Source: Bdellovibrionota bacterium (lineage in GTDB: Bacteria; Bdellovibrionota_C; UBA2361; JBIKWN01). From it: a stretch of 54,411 nucleotides of DNA. Position numbers and translations under genes: made by a program. The notes under the pieces were generated by a model that was not told the DNA's origin, made no database searches, and worked only from the letters and a program-made list of their open reading frames with translations. Location of the stretch: positions 1-54,411 of the forward strand of contig JBIKWN010000011.1 of the NCBI GenBank assembly GCA_044356295.1, given 5' to 3'. Shown piece after piece: positions 51,672 through 54,411 of the stretch; the stretch's first letter is position 1, and each line of letters starts with the position of its first letter.

Positions 51672-53669
51672 ATGGGTGAGGCAGCAAAAAATTTCTCTTT
51701 TGAATCATACTCTCAAGAACCAAGGGAAAGCATTTTTGTGCCTAAATCTCGATTATATCAGGAACCGAAAACCCCTTTCGATAAGCCGGCTCTTTTGGTT
51801 TTATCTTTAGGCTGTTTAATATTGCTCGCTCCAAATATTTTCTCCCAATACATTAAGCAGTCATCAGCTTCTAGTTGGACTGACCCAACAGTTTGGATCT
51901 TATTAGGTGTTGTGTGGGCTGCATTTACAATCTCGCTTACGAAAAGAGATAAAGAATCTTTTCTGCAAATCTCATCTCTTCGTATCGATTCAGTTGTTTT
52001 TTTCAGTCTCGCTCTTTTTTTCCTCACGATAAACTCGATAAGTGACCTCAGCCAATTTTGCTTTTTATCAGGTCTGCTCATTATTCAGAAATGGATCTTT
52101 GACTCAATTACATCATGGCTGCTCAATGATTGTACTGTTCTTCCCGCGCCATCTGGACAAATAGTAACAGTGATTGATGAGTACAGTAACTTTGCACCAC
52201 GAGAGCTTCCTATAGAAGCAGTACTTCCAGGAATGATAGTTCGTTGCGATCAAGAACGAGATATTGATTTTGATGGAACAATACTTTCTGGTCTTGCTGA
52301 AGTAGAAGAGTGTATTCCTTTCGGTCAAGCCCATTTTAGAGTTAAGAGTTCCGGTGATGAAATATATGCTGGATCGAGCCTTTTACAAGGTTCAATTGAT
52401 ATTAAAGTAGAGCGTACGTATTCTGATTCATACGCTTCTTTTTACGGAACAATACTACAGCGTCAACTCAACCAAAATAATGAAGTTTCTGGAGCAGATT
52501 CCCCGCTAGCAGTACATTTAAAATTACTTTGTTTATTGAGTACGATTTTCTCTTTGCTATGTGCAAATAGCAATTATGAAATGATTGCAACAGTGGGTCT
52601 TGTTACCGTTATTTCAGTATCATTTCTTTTGTCGCTGAAAAGTATTCTTGCTCGTCATTTAGTGATCACTGCTTACAGCAAAGGAGTCCTTGTAAACGAT
52701 TTTCATCTCACTATCCCACGGCTTGCATCAGTGAGTCATGTTATTTTTGATGAAGTAGAAGAGCAGATCAGTTCTCATCCTAGTCAAATAGTTGAACGAT
52801 TTGAATTAATTGATGGGCGTCTTGATCCACATCAAATTAAGTCATTGCTATTTTCAATTCTTAGCCGCTCTCATGATATACATCATCAACAGATTGCCGC
52901 TTCATTGTATGAAGGTCTTAGTAAGCCCTTAGAGATTTTTGAATTCTCATCTGCTTCTACTGAGCGTGACTCCAGTCTTGCTTTTGATGCAGTTATTGCA
53001 AATATTGATGGAACTGTATTTCGCTTTGGTAGTGAAGTTTGGCTCATTGGTCAAGGTATTCAAATGTCTCCAAATGAAGTTGTTCAAGGTTACGACCCTT
53101 CATTATTGAAACTCATCTTTGCAATGAATGCAGAGCCTGTTGCTATAGTAATGCTTAAAGAAGATCGGTTTACTGAATATAAAGATTCAATTCAAGCTTT
53201 TAAAAAGTCAGGTTTGCATCCTGTTTTAACAAGCATTCATCCAGAAGAGCATCTGAGACCTCTCGCTCATTCATTAGGGCTTAGCCTTGAATCTATTGAA
53301 CCATCACTGACAGAAGAAACAAAAATTAATCGTATTGCTTCGTTTAGTCCATCACTTCTTGTTTCATCGCAGTCTTGTTCAAAGCTTGTTCGAGCCGCTG
53401 CAACTGTTTGCGCTACTTCCATTGAATTCTTAAACACAATCGATGAAATGACTGGAATAGTGCTTACCCGGTTGACCCCAGGCAGAGTGAATTGGGTCTT
53501 AAGTGCCTCAAAGAGGTATTTAAGATTGGTATTTCTCCAAGAGCATACTGCCATATTACTTGCTGTTATTGTGCCGTTTTTGGCTTATCTAGTGCCCTCT
53601 GCAGCGGTATTTATTGTATCTTTGCCTATAATCGTTAGCTGTTACCTGAGTGTTTATAGAGGGTTATAA
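51672..53669 (+). CDS. P1B-type ATPase-like protein lacking catalytic motifs
   Basis: TM, A, P and N domain order recognisable, but TGE reads FGQ, DKTGT reads DEVEE, and no CPC or GDGxND; ATG at 51672. Confidence 0.75.
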   Translation: MGEAAKNFSFESYSQEPRESIFVPKSRLYQEPKTPFDKPALLVLSLGCLILLAPNIFSQYIKQSSASSWTDPTVWILLGVVWAAFTISLTKRDKESFLQISSLRIDSVVFFSLALFFLTINSISDLSQFCFLSGLLIIQKWIFDSITSWLLNDCTVLPAPSGQIVTVIDEYSNFAPRELPIEAVLPGMIVRCDQERDIDFDGTILSGLAEVEECIPFGQAHFRVKSSGDEIYAGSSLLQGSIDIKVERTYSDSYASFYGTILQRQLNQNNEVSGADSPLAVHLKLLCLLSTIFSLLCANSNYEMIATVGLVTVISVSFLLSLKSILARHLVITAYSKGVLVNDFHLTIPRLASVSHVIFDEVEEQISSHPSQIVERFELIDGRLDPHQIKSLLFSILSRSHDIHHQQIAASLYEGLSKPLEIFEFSSASTERDSSLAFDAVIANIDGTVFRFGSEVWLIGQGIQMSPNEVVQGYDPSLLKLIFAMNAEPVAIVMLKEDRFTEYKDSIQAFKKSGLHPVLTSIHPEEHLRPLAHSLGLSLESIEPSLTEETKINRIASFSPSLLVSSQSCSKLVRAAATVCATSIEFLNTIDEMTGIVLTRLTPGRVNWVLSASKRYLRLVFLQEHTAILLAVIVPFLAYLVPSAAVFIVSLPIIVSCYLSVYRGL

Positions 53670-53787
53670 TATCCTTTGTTGATCCTACGTTCTGTAAACG
53701 AAACTAACGAATTCCATTATAAGCAATTTTTTTCAACATCGATCTTTACCAAAAGAGCATCCCAAAAATAAGTAGAGGGAATGCAAT

Positions 53788-54186
53788 ATGGCAAAAGAAG
53801 AATATTTTTCACCTGGAGCGTTTGAAGAGATTGTAACCCTGCCGTCTGGATTTGCCGAAGGACCCGAGCGAGACCTGTTAAGAGCACTCTTGTTTGATGG
53901 GATTCAAGCGTACTTTTCTTATTGTTTGAACACACAAGAAGTCGTCAAAGAAAAATTTAAAGAAGCGTATCATTGGATACATGCCCGAGATAATGATTAT
54001 GTTTTTTCATTCCAAAGTGTTTGCGAAGGGTTAGGGCTCGACCCAGATGCATTAAGACTTGGGATATCTAATTTTGTTAATTCAAATCAAGTTGAACAGG
54101 TTAGAGTTGATGATGAAGCAAGTCATATTCCTCAAACAGGTACTGTCCAGAGTAGTTACCGTAAAGCTAAGAGAAGACAGCTCTAA
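53788..54186 (+). CDS. Conserved-looking hypothetical protein (PE..LL.A.L.D / FSF..VC..LGLDP motif)
   Basis: AGAGGGA RBS; motif pattern recalled from an uncharacterised family of uncultured deltaproteobacteria-like bacteria. Confidence 0.7.
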   Translation: MAKEEYFSPGAFEEIVTLPSGFAEGPERDLLRALLFDGIQAYFSYCLNTQEVVKEKFKEAYHWIHARDNDYVFSFQSVCEGLGLDPDALRLGISNFVNSNQVEQVRVDDEASHIPQTGTVQSSYRKAKRRQL

Positions 54187-54224
54187 AAAAAAGTATTATT
54201 ATTTAAAAACTTATAAGATAGAAA

Positions 54225-54410
54225 TTAGTTCGTTTTTGCGACGTGGGGATTCCCAAGTGAAATGAGTATAAACACTGTGCAAAGAATGACAGCACTTGCG
54301 TTCAAAAAATGCATTAATTCATAATCCAGAAATATAACCTTTGCTGCAAGTAGAACCATAATTGGAATGTATAAATATAAATTCCAGAAAATAAGATTTA
54401 TCTCTTTCGT
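54225..54410 (-). CDS. 3' end of a membrane protein gene entering from the right edge (partial)
   Basis: Open frame from the window edge, TKEINLIFLELYLYIPIMVLLAAKV...VAKTN-stop, with two hydrophobic segments. Confidence 0.5.
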   Translation of the reverse strand, partial: TKEINLIFWNLYLYIPIMVLLAAKVIFLDYELMHFLNASAVILCTVFILISLGNPHVAKTN

Positions 54411-54411
54411 A

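Overview
AT-rich bacterial chromosome segment. The gene set loosely suggests a deltaproteobacterial or Bdellovibrionota-like lineage (inference only). Housekeeping genes (purL, purF, purN, mrp, secG plus tRNA-Leu(GAG), xfp-ackA, ligA, gltX, rpsO-pnp, tyrS, rpmG) alternate with a methyltransferase / FAD oxidoreductase / type III PKS triad, the prkA(yeaG)-yeaH-spoVR operon, a methyltransferase plus three-GT4 glycan cluster and several orphan genes. The least expected items are: (1) a ~2.3 kb segment encoding a 616-aa coiled-coil protein with a C-terminal pesticin-type muramidase domain, bracketed by two diverged copies of the last codons of a cupin gene; (2) two copies of a ~130 bp hairpin MITE with IS4-like ends, one with a perfect 11-bp target duplication and the other inserted in the duplicated cupin tail; (3) intact ORFs that have lost their catalytic motifs, namely a P1B-ATPase-like and a Ppx/GppA-like protein; (4) candidate structured leaders and a dispersed CTCGACA(G/A)GCTC palindrome family. 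I saw no CRISPR array, rRNA, integrase or transposase. All calls are by-eye motif recognition without database searches.
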